Below, one piece after another: positions 63,624 through 64,000 of a DNA stretch of 64,000 nucleotides; the stretch's first letter is position 1; the number at the start of each line of letters is the position of its first letter. Both the position numbers and the translations under genes were made by a program. The stretch is from the NCBI RefSeq assembly GCF_031769215.1, contig NW_026781891.1, forward strand, positions 372,001 to 436,000, read 5' to 3'. The notes below the pieces were generated by a model. That model was not told the origin of the DNA, did no database searches, and worked only from the letters and a program-made list of their open reading frames with translations. This DNA comes from Ylistrum balloti. Lineage: Eukaryota.

Positions 63624-64000
63624 AAAACTATATATCTAACACTACATACCTCACAGATAAAACTATATATCTAACACTACATACCTCACAGCTAAAACTA
63701 TATATCTAACACTACATACCTCACAACTAAAACTATATATCTAACACTACATGCCTCACAACTAAAACTATATATCTAACACTACATACCTCACAGCTAA
63801 AATTATATATCTAACACTACATACCTCACAGCTAAAACTATATATCTAACACTACATACCTCACAGCTAAACTATATATCTAACACTACATACCTCACAG
63901 CTAAAACTATATATCTAACACTACATACCTCACAACTAAACTAGATATCTAACACTACATGCCTCACAGCTAAAGCTATATACCTAACACTACATACCTC
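63624..64000. repeat. 35-bp minisatellite, at least 10.8 copies, running off the window end
   Basis: Unit AAAACTATATATCTAACACTACATACCTCACAGCT; starts at 63624, 63659, 63694 and onward, contiguous with no spacers. Confidence 0.96.

Overview
This is AT-rich eukaryotic genomic DNA with spliceosomal GT-AG introns. The repeat types resemble those of bivalve molluscs, but that taxonomic call is inference. The first ~46 kb is a tandem array of 8-exon short-chain dehydrogenase/reductase (SDR) genes of the retinol-dehydrogenase-like clade (RDH11-14/WWOX-type), all on the + strand. It holds the last two exons of copy 1, three complete copies (2, 3, 4; 322-324 aa) and two pseudogene relics (33.1 kb and 44.9-45.8 kb). 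An intact 4-exon, signal-peptide-bearing type-B carboxylesterase gene (542 aa, Ser-Glu-His triad) lies inside the array on the - strand. Paralog comparison suggests SDR copy 2 is a chimera: copy-3-type upstream DNA and exon 1 are joined to a copy-4-type gene body and 3' flank. At 48.5-54.5 kb are two convergent, uninterrupted ORFs of unknown function (472 and 386 aa). Repeats include two Tc1-family relics, Penelope-like retroelement fragments, tRNA-derived SINEs, MITE/foldback elements, three minisatellites and a ~1.43-kb tandem duplication. I found no CRISPR array, rRNA or intact tRNA. All alignments and counts were done by eye, and no database search was run.
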